The notes under the pieces: generated by a model
Database searches by the model: none
Seen by the model: only the letters and a program-made list of their open reading frames with translations
What the model was told of the DNA's origin: nothing
Assembly (NCBI GenBank): GCA_048357495.1
Contig: DBGCEW010000022.1
Coordinates: forward strand, 1 to 38,699
Length of the DNA: 38,699 nucleotides
DNA from: Frisingicoccus sp.
GTDB taxonomy: Bacteria > Bacillota > Clostridia > Lachnospirales > Lachnospiraceae
Reading direction: 5' to 3'
Made by a program: the position numbers and the translations under genes
In this document: positions 10,457 through 19,809 of the stretch, piece after piece
Layout: each line of letters opens with the position of its first letter
How positions within the stretch are numbered: position 1 is the first letter of the stretch

Positions 10457-11374
10457 TTATTCACCACCACATCTCTGACACGGGACATATCCGTTGGAAA
10501 TTGCTTCCTCCCGCCCGATGTATCTCACGCTTCGTTTTAATCCACTGCAGCTCAGCCGGTTGTGATAACATGTTCCCGATTCCGTCAGATAAAAAGTCTT
10601 TCCCTGTCCCATATGACCGCCCACACATTTTTCACAGGGCGGGTATTTCTCTGCCTGTTTCCCGTCCACTATATAAATACTTAATTTGATATGGCTGCAC
10701 ATACGGTTTTCATGATACACAGCCCCCGAATCTGTCACACACACAGAGCTTTCCGTATGTCCGCCTTCACCATAACCTTCCCCCGGATCATATCCCGTCC
10801 ATGCACGAAGATACACTCTGTTTTTCATCTGCAGTGCCGGAAGCGGAATCAACCCCTCCAGCAGCTGAATCCGGTACCTGACGCTCAGGCAGATCCAGTG
10901 ATTCCCCTCAAAAACACGGGAGCCCGAAAAATCAAAGGCGGATACTTCCCGGACGCCCCCGCTTTCTATATCCTCAATGGATTCCAATTCAAGCCATACT
11001 CTCTGAAGCCATGTCCCTGCGGGAATTTCTTCCTCTTTCCCGGCTTCTACAGCCAGCTTCACCGCCATTTCAGAAAGCGCACACTGAACTTTTTCATAAA
11101 CCCTTACCGTAGATATCAAGGAAACAAAAGCGATCCAGGCAAAAAACAGGAGAGGAACCGCTATCGCCGCTTCTACCGTCATACTCCCTGTAAGGGGGTG
11201 ACGGCAGAATGCCTTTTTTCTCCGAAAGGTGTGTGTGTTACGTTTTTGATATGCTATAATGGTAAGGTTTTTATTGACATTTGCTGTTTTATTTAAATTA
11301 TTGTTTATTTTATTATATAAAGTTGGTATCGCCTTTGGATTTGTTATTTCTGTATTTTTCAGATAAAAAGGCAT
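10457..11374 (-). CDS. TadE-like pseudopilin with duplicated C-terminal Cys/His metal-binding repeats
   Basis: G|SMTVE motif, a TM helix, then two YHxxxxC...PCxxC repeats; G-rich RBS before 11374. Confidence 0.78.
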   Translation of the reverse strand: MPFYLKNTEITNPKAIPTLYNKINNNLNKTANVNKNLTIIAYQKRNTHTFRRKKAFCRHPLTGSMTVEAAIAVPLLFFAWIAFVSLISTVRVYEKVQCALSEMAVKLAVEAGKEEEIPAGTWLQRVWLELESIEDIESGGVREVSAFDFSGSRVFEGNHWICLSVRYRIQLLEGLIPLPALQMKNRVYLRAWTGYDPGEGYGEGGHTESSVCVTDSGAVYHENRMCSHIKLSIYIVDGKQAEKYPPCEKCVGGHMGQGKTFYLTESGTCYHNRLSCSGLKRSVRYIGREEAISNGYVPCQRCGGE

Positions 11375-11398
11375 TCCGCCCTCACCCCCTTCCTGTTC

Positions 11399-12904
11399 TC
11401 AATACGAAAGGGCTATTTGTGCCCTGCACGCCATCTCTCTTCCCCAAATGCATTGAAAATCGGCCTGTATTCCATATACACAATATTCCATACGGAAATC
11501 ACTGTATTCAGGCAGTAACCGTATATTTTTTTCCATCAGATTTGTCATCCTCCGGTACTTTTCCTCCCGGTTCATCAGAAAAAGAAACAGACAGAGATAT
11601 TCCCCATAATCCATCCCTTCATCACTGTGATTTCCATCTAAAATCCGGCGGTCCATATGAAGCATCTGATCCCAGGACAAATACCACGAATCCTGATCCT
11701 TTAATATCGGAATCCTCCCGCCTTGCAGCAATGTCCGGCAATCTGCAAGGGCTTCCGCAAAAGCCCATGAGATTTTTAAAAGAAAAGCCACAATTTCTGT
11801 AAACTGAGGAATCAGCATCGATGCCGACAAAAGAAGGGCTGTTTCCCGGATTCGTACCTCTTTATCCGGAGATGCTGTCAGATGGGCCATATTCATGACA
11901 CATCGAAATGCAATTAATTTCCACAATACCGATTTTAAATTCTCTATATCGCTTTCATTTCCCGCCAGAATATACTCTGTTTCATAGTCCAGAACCCGCT
12001 CATGTGCAATATCCGGGGATTCCTGTGCCGCATTGGAAAATACATCCCGAATATACATACACACCGCTGCATCTGCGACTGTTTCCCGTATCCCGCCGCC
12101 ATTATCCAGAATGTCCCGCCAGGACTTCAAAAGATTCAGAATGCTGTTATCATCCCTGAAATCAATCGTCTCATAAAACCGCCTTCCAGCCTCAGGGAAG
12201 GAAACATCCGTCATCGGACACGTCTTTTCGGATAACGGGTAATTCTCCGGACAGGCTGCTGTCAGAATTCCCCGATTCCATAGTTCTTCAATAAAATCTC
12301 TGGGATCTGTCACCGGCTCGCCCTGATCTGCTTCCGTCCCGGCTTCTTCATCCGTTACACCTCCTGTTTCCGGGACCTCCGCCTGTTTTTCTATCTCCTG
12401 TTTCTGTCTTAACTCTGCAGAAGCCTGTCCGTTTTCTTCCTTCCACTGTCCAATCAGGATTTCAAAAAATCCCCCGGTCAATTCTGCCCTCCGGTTCAGC
12501 GTTATTTCTCTCACAAAAAAATCCCAGTCGCCATCAATAAATAACATATACACCGGCTCCTCCAGCCCCGTTTCCATGCCCTGCCCCATTCCAGGAACCT
12601 CCTTCAGATTTTCCCTGAAAACAGACACTAACTCTTCTTCCATTTCCCGGGCATAAAACCGGTCACTGCCACGCCCCCCGTCAACGCTTAATATTTGATA
12701 ATAATCCCGCAAAGGCCGGTTATATCCTGCCAAAAAGCTTTCTGCACTCAATCTTGCGGCCCGTTCCACGGATGCCTTTTGCATATAATACAGCGCCGAT
12801 CTGTACTGCGCTGCTAACAGTGAAAAAACAACCATAAATAATAATGCTGCAAATACCGTTACCTGCCCTTTTTGCGACATTTGTATTTTTCTGGCCTCTG
12901 TCAT
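11399..12904 (-). CDS. Large pilin-like Tad protein (TadG/DUF5702-like)
   Basis: KG|QVTVF plus hydrophobic helix; YETEYILAG and WAFAEA motifs typical of clostridial tad loci. Confidence 0.72.
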   Translation of the reverse strand: MTEARKIQMSQKGQVTVFAALLFMVVFSLLAAQYRSALYYMQKASVERAARLSAESFLAGYNRPLRDYYQILSVDGGRGSDRFYAREMEEELVSVFRENLKEVPGMGQGMETGLEEPVYMLFIDGDWDFFVREITLNRRAELTGGFFEILIGQWKEENGQASAELRQKQEIEKQAEVPETGGVTDEEAGTEADQGEPVTDPRDFIEELWNRGILTAACPENYPLSEKTCPMTDVSFPEAGRRFYETIDFRDDNSILNLLKSWRDILDNGGGIRETVADAAVCMYIRDVFSNAAQESPDIAHERVLDYETEYILAGNESDIENLKSVLWKLIAFRCVMNMAHLTASPDKEVRIRETALLLSASMLIPQFTEIVAFLLKISWAFAEALADCRTLLQGGRIPILKDQDSWYLSWDQMLHMDRRILDGNHSDEGMDYGEYLCLFLFLMNREEKYRRMTNLMEKNIRLLPEYSDFRMEYCVYGIQADFQCIWGREMACRAQIALSY

Positions 12905-13086
12905 TATATTCCCGAACTCTGGCTTGTAATTTTATCAAATATATCATTGACAAGGGTGGTCAGCTGGGACTTAAAAATTAAAACAAGGCCGATCAAAACC
13001 ACCAATATAAGAATAATTTCCACAACGCCAACACCTTTATTATTGTTCCAAAATCCCAAAAATCCTTTCATCCTGTTCCTCCTCAC
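12904..13086 (-). CDS. flp: Flp-family major pilin
   Basis: Short ORF with G|VGVVEIILILVVLIGLVLIFK (Glu at +5); true start may be a few codons downstream. Confidence 0.88.
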   Translation of the reverse strand: MRRNRMKGFLGFWNNNKGVGVVEIILILVVLIGLVLIFKSQLTTLVNDIFDKITSQSSGI

Positions 13087-14315
13087 ATATTCATTGACAA
13101 AAATGCGGGTATCATCAATACAGCAAATACAACCATCATCAGAAGCAGCATTGGGAGAAGCAGTCCGGAAGCCGCTTCCTCGATCATTTTCCTTCCGTTT
13201 TCCCGGCGCGCCACCTCCGCTTCTCTCACCTCACTGGCAAGAATGTCCTTCATCCCTCTGGAGCCCCGGCGCACTTGCTGAATTAACAGAGAAGCAAAGC
13301 GGATATATCCCTGGGTTCCGCAGCGGTTTCCAAAATTTTCATATACTGTAAGTTCAGGCACCCCATAATTCATCTCTCTTAAGCTGTTTTCCATTTCCTC
13401 ATAGCCCCATCGCCTTTTTCCGGTAATCTGACGCCATCGGCAATAATCCTGAACCATCTTTTCCCATGCCCCGCGAACCGTCATTCCCGAACTCACAAGA
13501 AGAATCATCCGGTAAACAATATCCGGATAGTCTGCCCCAAGCCCTCTCTCCCATTTTCTGCACTTTTGAACCTTACGTTCTTTATAAGAGATATAAAGCA
13601 GCCCTATGGACAGATTGACGAAAATAAAAACCTGCCTCCAATGTGATTCCTCCGGAATATACCAGGTCAGTGTTTCGCCTCCGACTGTTGCCGGCAGCAA
13701 AAATGTCTCATGACTGGGATTCTCTTCCTGTAATCTTGCCATATCTGCCTGAATCGAATGACGCAGTAAATCTTTTCCTTCGAATTCCGGTTTCTCAATA
13801 ATCAGTTCGTAATCATAAACTCTTTCCTCATTCCCGTATCCCAATACAGCCTGAATATGAGTATTCACCGGCGCACTTTCCCTGGCCTCATCCGTAACTC
13901 TTCCATCATATTGAATCCATCGGCTGTTTTCAGGAATCCACCGCACAGATATGCCTGTATCCTCAACCCTGTCCGGGAAATAAAGATTCTCCGTAACACT
14001 TTCAGATGATGTATTTTTCCCAAGCCAGACACTGTCCAGCCATTCCTTCCCCTGTCCAAAAGCTGCCTCCAATTCATCTGCACTGTATGCACGCTCACCA
14101 ATTTTCAAACGAAAAGGCATACTTCCAAAAGATGTATGAACTTCCAGATCCATCTCCGAATCCCCTTTCCCGGGCAAATTCCTTTCCAGAGATGTCACGA
14201 CAGTCTCCGGCTTCGCCTGTTCTCTCATCCACAGAAGCGCCGATACGCTTTCCAACGCAAGAACCCCTGCGATCAGTAATTTTTTTATCCGTTTCAACCG
14301 ATCACCTGCCCTCAT
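13083..14315 (-). CDS. tadC: TadC-like membrane platform protein (T2SSF) with extracytoplasmic domain
   Basis: C-terminal SGMTVRGAW...YENFGNRCG...LLLPMLL. ATG at 14315 overlaps the tadB stop (TAATG). Confidence 0.8.
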   Translation of the reverse strand: MRAGDRLKRIKKLLIAGVLALESVSALLWMREQAKPETVVTSLERNLPGKGDSEMDLEVHTSFGSMPFRLKIGERAYSADELEAAFGQGKEWLDSVWLGKNTSSESVTENLYFPDRVEDTGISVRWIPENSRWIQYDGRVTDEARESAPVNTHIQAVLGYGNEERVYDYELIIEKPEFEGKDLLRHSIQADMARLQEENPSHETFLLPATVGGETLTWYIPEESHWRQVFIFVNLSIGLLYISYKERKVQKCRKWERGLGADYPDIVYRMILLVSSGMTVRGAWEKMVQDYCRWRQITGKRRWGYEEMENSLREMNYGVPELTVYENFGNRCGTQGYIRFASLLIQQVRRGSRGMKDILASEVREAEVARRENGRKMIEEAASGLLLPMLLLMMVVFAVLMIPAFLSMNM

Positions 14316-15061
14316 TAAATTTTTATCCGAAGAATATGCAGGCCGGCCCCGACAGCCGCAGCGTAAATTATAAGACACAGGGTCATCGCCAATGCTCCCG
14401 GGATATTTCCGTACATGACAGCCATAAATTCAGGAGAAAAACAACGCATATACGCAATAATCCCTGCCGGAATGATGCACATAAATCCAAATTCGCCTCT
14501 TTTGGCGCCAATCATCCCTTCGATCTCATAATTCACCTCGATACGCCGCTGAATCTTTTCCACCCCCGACTTCACAAGCTCAGCTAAATTATTTCCCTGC
14601 TTTTTCCCAAGAATAATAATCTGTACAAAATTCTCAATATCTTCATCCCCGCACCGCCGGGCCATCTCTTCCAGACATTGATTCACAGAAATATTTCCCG
14701 ACATTTTCCGGCAGATCAAATCTAATTCTACAACCATCCGAGACCCTGGCTGCAGACTCCGCTCCATGTCTTTCAGTGCCCGCTGCAAACTCTCTTCCAC
14801 AGTAGCGCCGGCCGACAGGGAACTATAAACAGAAATCATGACATCCTTAAACTCTGCCTGCATCTTCTTTCTCCGGGATTTTTCCATACTTTTTTTCACA
14901 GCGCCTGCAAAAACACCATACATCGGAATACATAGAACTGCAGCCCGGAGGTTGTCATAAAAAAGCCATCCGCAAATACTTCCAAAAAATAACCAGACTA
15001 TAAAACATACCAAATGCTCCTTTAATACCATCCGGTATCTGCCCTCCGGTGTCAGCCTCAC
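14315..15061 (-). CDS. tadB: TadB-like membrane platform protein (T2SSF)
   Basis: EFKD..SLSAGATVEES, MARRCGDEDI and GNNL; TM segments at both ends. Confidence 0.82.
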   Translation of the reverse strand: MRLTPEGRYRMVLKEHLVCFIVWLFFGSICGWLFYDNLRAAVLCIPMYGVFAGAVKKSMEKSRRKKMQAEFKDVMISVYSSLSAGATVEESLQRALKDMERSLQPGSRMVVELDLICRKMSGNISVNQCLEEMARRCGDEDIENFVQIIILGKKQGNNLAELVKSGVEKIQRRIEVNYEIEGMIGAKRGEFGFMCIIPAGIIAYMRCFSPEFMAVMYGNIPGALAMTLCLIIYAAAVGAGLHILRIKI

Positions 15062-16347
15062 AATCCGCCCTCCAGCGTCAGATCCGCCGCCTCCAGCTTT
15101 TTTCTATGAATCAGTGCATGACCGGTACTGACAAGCATACCTTTCACCTCCGGTATTCCCGCCATATAATTACTGTCCTCAGACACCCGGTCTGCCGGTC
15201 TCTCTGCTCTTTCTTCTCTGAAAACAAACAACGGATTCAAACAGATTTCCCCGTTTTCATACCCGATAACTTCTGTTATTTCGGTAACCCTCCGGCTCTT
15301 ATCCCTCAGGCGTTCCAACTGTATAATAATATCAATGGATGCCGCAATCTGTTTGCGAATCGCAAGCAATGGAATCTCTGTTCCCATAAGGACCATCGTT
15401 TCCAGCCGGCTGAGCATCTCTTCCGGCGAGCCGGAATGCCCCGTGGAAATGGACCCGTCATGTCCGCTCGACATCGCCTGAATCATGTCTACACTTTCGG
15501 CGCCACGGACTTCGCCAACGATAATTCGATCCGGCCGCATTCTTAAAGCACTCTTAATAAGATCCCTTATAGACACCTGATGCTCTCCATCCGCCGTTGC
15601 ATTTCTGGCTTCCAGCTTGACCAGATTCTCAATATTATGTACCTGCAGTTCTGCCGAATCTTCGATCGTAATGACACGTTCATCCTTGGAAACATAATCC
15701 ATCAGCGCATTGAGCATCGTTGTCTTCCCGGTTCCCGTACCCCCGGAAATAAAGATGTTATACTTAGCCCGGACAATCTTCTCCAAAAATGCCGCTGCTT
15801 CATGAGTTAAAGCCCCCTGATCAATCAGCTTTTTCATATTCATGGGTTCCTCCGGAAACTTCCGTATCGTGAGAATCGGCCCATTCAGCGCAATGGGCTT
15901 TAACACTACATTCACCCTGGAGCCATCCGCCAGCCGTGCATCTACAATCGGCGATGCTTCATTCACACGCCGGTTTGCTCCGGCAACAATCTGCTGAATC
16001 ACATCTTCCAGCTTTTCGATGGACTCAAAGGTCTTTTCCCAGCGATGGATCTGCCCGTATTTTTCATAAAAAATATCCCCGGCTCCATTGACCATGATTT
16101 CTGTAATTTCTCCATCATCCACAAGTTCCTGAAGTAAGTCCAGGCGGCGCACTGAATTGAATAATTCCTGTTTCAGTATAAGCTTCCGATACCCGCTCAT
16201 ATAAATGTCTCTGCTCACCGCCACAATAAGTTCATCTATCTGTGCCATAATTTCTTCATCTGTCCATTCTTTTTTCCTCTCCAGTGTGGCCAGTAATTCT
16301 TCCTGCAATTTTTTCTTTAACTGCCGGTATCCTTCCTTGTTTTCCAT
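15058..16347 (-). CDS. tadA: CpaF/TadA pilus assembly ATPase
   Basis: Walker A GGTGTGKTT, IEDSAEL, LRMRPDRIIVGEVRG and GHDGSISTGH. Confidence 0.93.
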   Translation of the reverse strand: MENKEGYRQLKKKLQEELLATLERKKEWTDEEIMAQIDELIVAVSRDIYMSGYRKLILKQELFNSVRRLDLLQELVDDGEITEIMVNGAGDIFYEKYGQIHRWEKTFESIEKLEDVIQQIVAGANRRVNEASPIVDARLADGSRVNVVLKPIALNGPILTIRKFPEEPMNMKKLIDQGALTHEAAAFLEKIVRAKYNIFISGGTGTGKTTMLNALMDYVSKDERVITIEDSAELQVHNIENLVKLEARNATADGEHQVSIRDLIKSALRMRPDRIIVGEVRGAESVDMIQAMSSGHDGSISTGHSGSPEEMLSRLETMVLMGTEIPLLAIRKQIAASIDIIIQLERLRDKSRRVTEITEVIGYENGEICLNPLFVFREERAERPADRVSEDSNYMAGIPEVKGMLVSTGHALIHRKKLEAADLTLEGGL

Positions 16348-16360
16348 ATTTTACTCCCCT

Positions 16361-17212
16361 TCAGTTTTTCATAATCTTCTCCAGTAATTCATTCACACCC
16401 ATATATGCCGCCATTTTTCCAAATTCCTGCCGCCGCACATCCGCATAGCCATCCTCTCCCCATTTTACATACACCGCATCGCACCATACCAGCAGTTCGA
16501 TATGGGGCGGAAGCCTGTCGAATACAAAAATCACTGTGCGGTATCTACTTTTATACAACTCCTCCCTAAAAAAGACTTTCCAGGCCTCCAGCTCCGTTTC
16601 CCGCATATCGTATACCGCCCGAAATCCCCGGATATAATCAATATCTCCCTCTCTGTATACAAAATCTGTAAGTTTCTTTTTCCCTTCTCCCTTCTGACTC
16701 TGATAATAAAACCACTCGCTCAGGCTTTCCCCGGATATTTTTTCGGAAAACACTGCCGGGAATTCGGTCATAATGATTACCAGCACCTCCCCTCTTTCCC
16801 GTTTTTCCTCTGCAATTTCCAAAGCTCCCTTTTCTGCTTCCGGTCCGCTGGCCGGTCCATATACAGCAACAATTTCTGTGTCCTGTTCTACATCATCTCC
16901 CAGTATTTCCAGTAATTCTTCATAAAGCTTCCTTGCGGACTGATATTTTTTCACCACTGGAATATCTCCGGGTGAAAACATTCCGTCCTCCAGAAAAAGA
17001 AGACGGCAGCCCGGAATGTACAGCTCTTTCCCATATTCATCAAGAGCTTTTCCTGAGACCAGCAGGGTTTCCGGCTTTTCCTGGATACAGTCCGTAAGAC
17101 GGGTATAGGTTTTAATCCGCCATAAAAAACCGGAATGACTATTCAGATAGGCGACCAGACGTTTTAAATACACCGGCTCCACATCACATATATAAAGTTG
17201 TTTTCCAATCAT
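16361..17212 (-). CDS. TadZ/CpaE-like protein (receiver-like N-terminus, degenerate P-loop)
   Basis: First gene of the tad operon; LYICD..YLKRL receiver-like start, KYQS motif and degenerate AVYGP. Confidence 0.6.
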   Translation of the reverse strand: MIGKQLYICDVEPVYLKRLVAYLNSHSGFLWRIKTYTRLTDCIQEKPETLLVSGKALDEYGKELYIPGCRLLFLEDGMFSPGDIPVVKKYQSARKLYEELLEILGDDVEQDTEIVAVYGPASGPEAEKGALEIAEEKRERGEVLVIIMTEFPAVFSEKISGESLSEWFYYQSQKGEGKKKLTDFVYREGDIDYIRGFRAVYDMRETELEAWKVFFREELYKSRYRTVIFVFDRLPPHIELLVWCDAVYVKWGEDGYADVRRQEFGKMAAYMGVNELLEKIMKN

Positions 17213-17272
17213 GGGTTCCTCCTTGAATGCAGGAGATACTGATTTGCTTTTAGAAATTTTTAGGATGAGGTC

Positions 17273-17301
17273 ATTATATCTCCGGAAACAGATCTTGTAA
17301 A
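17273..17301 (-). promoter_or_regulatory. Sigma-A promoter of the tad operon
   Basis: TTTACA (17301-17296), 17-nt spacer, TATAAT (17278-17273). Confidence 0.65.
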
Positions 17302-17428
17302 GCCTCCGAAGCTCCCATTCCTTCGAAGGCTTTCAACCTTTATCGCTGTTTTCGCCCTATACGCGTCAAATTGTATAAAATTATATTATCACATGCTGTT
17401 CCTTATCATCATTGAATGATGGGCTCTG

Positions 17429-17719
17429 TCAATGGAACATCTGCCAGAAACCAATGCCATAGATTGCAAGAATTCCCGGAATTCCCAGAAATGCGGAAAC
17501 TGCGAAATTTAAAAAGTTCATTCCTACAGGAACAATAATGCCGAATCCACTCAAAATGGTATTGGCCATGCCGATCACTGCAATGCCGCACACGCCCCGG
17601 AAGAGACTTGTCAATACGTACCTTCCCTGATTAAAGAGCAGACTCGCCGCAAAAAAACAGGAGCTTATGATAATAATCATGATTAATAACTGGTTCTGGG
17701 TCATAGCCTCACCACACAT
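17429..17719 (-). CDS. bofA: Pro-sigmaK processing inhibitor BofA family
   Basis: Small hydrophobic protein with the VGMN...SAFLGIPG signature; start may be at 17704. Confidence 0.75.
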   Translation of the reverse strand: MCGEAMTQNQLLIMIIIISSCFFAASLLFNQGRYVLTSLFRGVCGIAVIGMANTILSGFGIIVPVGMNFLNFAVSAFLGIPGILAIYGIGFWQMFH

Positions 17720-17765
17720 CTTGATTATTAAAACATACGCTCCTGTTTTTTATTTTATACCTGTA

Positions 17766-19799
17766 TTATCCTTTATTTTTCACCGGGCTCTTTCGGGAAG
17801 ATATCCCCTTTCCATGGGTTTTCCCCACTTTTGAAGCTGTCTTGCGTTCATAATTTCTCTTTGTTTTTGTCCGTTCTCTGGTTCGCGCCTTCGGAGGCAC
17901 ATAGTCAAACTGAAAAGCCACCATTCCGAATCCCGGCAAATCATACTGAATGGAATTTTTCTGAGAATCCCATGGAATCGGTTCCGATGTCCGCGGCTGG
18001 GAATTCAGCATATTTTTGCCGCCGTATTCACTCCGGCTGTTATTGAATACCTCCCGGTAAACACCCGGACAAGGCACACCGGAGCGAAAATTTTCATAAA
18101 CCACCGGTGAAAAATTAAAATGAAAAAGAAGACAGTTTTTTCCGCTCTTTGTCATCCGGCAGAAGGTCACCATGTTCCGTTCTGTATCACCGCCGTTAAT
18201 CCACATAAATCCCCTTTTGGAATCATCAAGTTCATAAAGGGCCGGATGATTCCGATAAAATTTAAGCAAATCCCGGTAATAATTATTTATCTGGCGATGC
18301 TCCGGTTCATTATCCAGAAGGAACCAGTCAATGCTGCGTTCCTCACTCCATTCACGGATCTGTGCAAATTCCTGCCCCATAAATAAAAGTTTTTTCCCGG
18401 GATGGGCCGTCATGAATCCGTAGGCTACACGGAGATTTCCAAATTTATCTGCCAATTCTCCCGGCATCTTTCCAATCATTGATCCCTTCATATGCACTAC
18501 TTCATCATGCGAAAGTACGAGAACATATTTTTCACTGTAAGCATAGGTGAAACTGAAGGTCAGCTTATGATGATCATATTTTCTGAAATAAGGATCCACT
18601 TTCATATATTCAAGAAAATCGTTCATCCATCCCATATTCCACTTGTAAGTAAATCCCAGCCCGCCCTTTTCCGGTATTTCCGTAACCTTCGGCCAGGCCG
18701 TAGATTCTTCGGCAATCATCATAGCGCCCGGACACTGGCGGTAAATAATGGAATTCAGATGCTTCAGGAATTCAACCGCTTCTTTATTTTCCCTTCCGCC
18801 CTCATCATTCGGTACCCATTCACCATCCTTGCGTCCGTAATCCAGATAGAGCATTGATGCCACCGCATCTACCCGCAGGCCATCCACATGGAATTCCTTT
18901 AACCAGAATAACGCATTGGCCACAAGGAAATTTTTAACTTCCGGACGACTATAATTAAATATATAAGTTCCCCAATCCGGATGCTCGCCCTTTCTCGGAT
19001 CCGGATGCTCATAGAGGGGCTGTCCGTCAAAGCGTGCCAGTCCGTGCTCATCCTTTGGGAAATGAGCCGGAACCCAGTCCAGGATAACTCCGATTCCCTG
19101 ACCATGCATATAATCCACAAAATATTTAAAGTCCTCCGGCAAACCGTATCTTGATGTCGGCGCATAATATCCTGTCACCTGATATCCCCAAGAAGCATCC
19201 AGGGGATGCTCCGCAATCCCCAGCAGCTCCACATGGGTATAGCCCATATAATTCACATATTCGGCCAACTCATGCGCCAATTGCCGATAGCTCAAAAATC
19301 CATTATTGGCTCCGTCAGAACTTTTTTTCCATGATCCCAGATGCACCTCGTAGACAGCCATCGGCCGGTTTGTCTCATGGGGCTTCTTCTTTTTTTCTTC
19401 CCACATCCGGTCATTCCAACAGTAGCCCGCCATATCTGCCACAATGGATGCATTTTCCGGACGTACCTGACACAGATTCCCGTAGGGATCTGCCTTATAA
19501 AGTATATTCCCCTCTGTCGTCTTTACCGCATATTTATAGAGTTCGCCTTTGCCTACCCCCGGAACGAAAAGTTCATAAATATCCGTTTCTTCGACCAGTG
19601 TCATCGGATGTTTTTCCACATTCCATCCGTTAAAATCGCCGACAACAGAAACTGCGGCCGCATTTGGCGCCCATACGGCAAAGTAAGTCCCCTGTTCACC
19701 GTCCTCGGAAACCAGATGGGCCCCGAGTTTTTCATAAATTTCATAGTGTCTTCCAAGTTTAAACAAATAATTATCAAACCCCGTAATTTTATGTTCCAT
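17766..19799 (-). CDS. glgB: 1,4-alpha-glucan branching enzyme
   Basis: FAVWAPNA, YEVHLGSW, RVDAVASM, IAEES and SHDEVVH. Confidence 0.96.
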   Translation of the reverse strand: MEHKITGFDNYLFKLGRHYEIYEKLGAHLVSEDGEQGTYFAVWAPNAAAVSVVGDFNGWNVEKHPMTLVEETDIYELFVPGVGKGELYKYAVKTTEGNILYKADPYGNLCQVRPENASIVADMAGYCWNDRMWEEKKKKPHETNRPMAVYEVHLGSWKKSSDGANNGFLSYRQLAHELAEYVNYMGYTHVELLGIAEHPLDASWGYQVTGYYAPTSRYGLPEDFKYFVDYMHGQGIGVILDWVPAHFPKDEHGLARFDGQPLYEHPDPRKGEHPDWGTYIFNYSRPEVKNFLVANALFWLKEFHVDGLRVDAVASMLYLDYGRKDGEWVPNDEGGRENKEAVEFLKHLNSIIYRQCPGAMMIAEESTAWPKVTEIPEKGGLGFTYKWNMGWMNDFLEYMKVDPYFRKYDHHKLTFSFTYAYSEKYVLVLSHDEVVHMKGSMIGKMPGELADKFGNLRVAYGFMTAHPGKKLLFMGQEFAQIREWSEERSIDWFLLDNEPEHRQINNYYRDLLKFYRNHPALYELDDSKRGFMWINGGDTERNMVTFCRMTKSGKNCLLFHFNFSPVVYENFRSGVPCPGVYREVFNNSRSEYGGKNMLNSQPRTSEPIPWDSQKNSIQYDLPGFGMVAFQFDYVPPKARTRERTKTKRNYERKTASKVGKTHGKGISSRKSPVKNKG

Positions 19800-19809
19800 T
19801 AAAATCCCC

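Noticed and set aside
14316..14378. Longer tadC start at 14378
   Set aside because: It overlaps tadB by 64 nt; the TAATG coupling at 14315 is more plausible.
17213..17420. c-di-GMP riboswitch upstream of the pilus operon
   Set aside because: No GEMM-type consensus is visible; only a simple hairpin at ~17299-17333.
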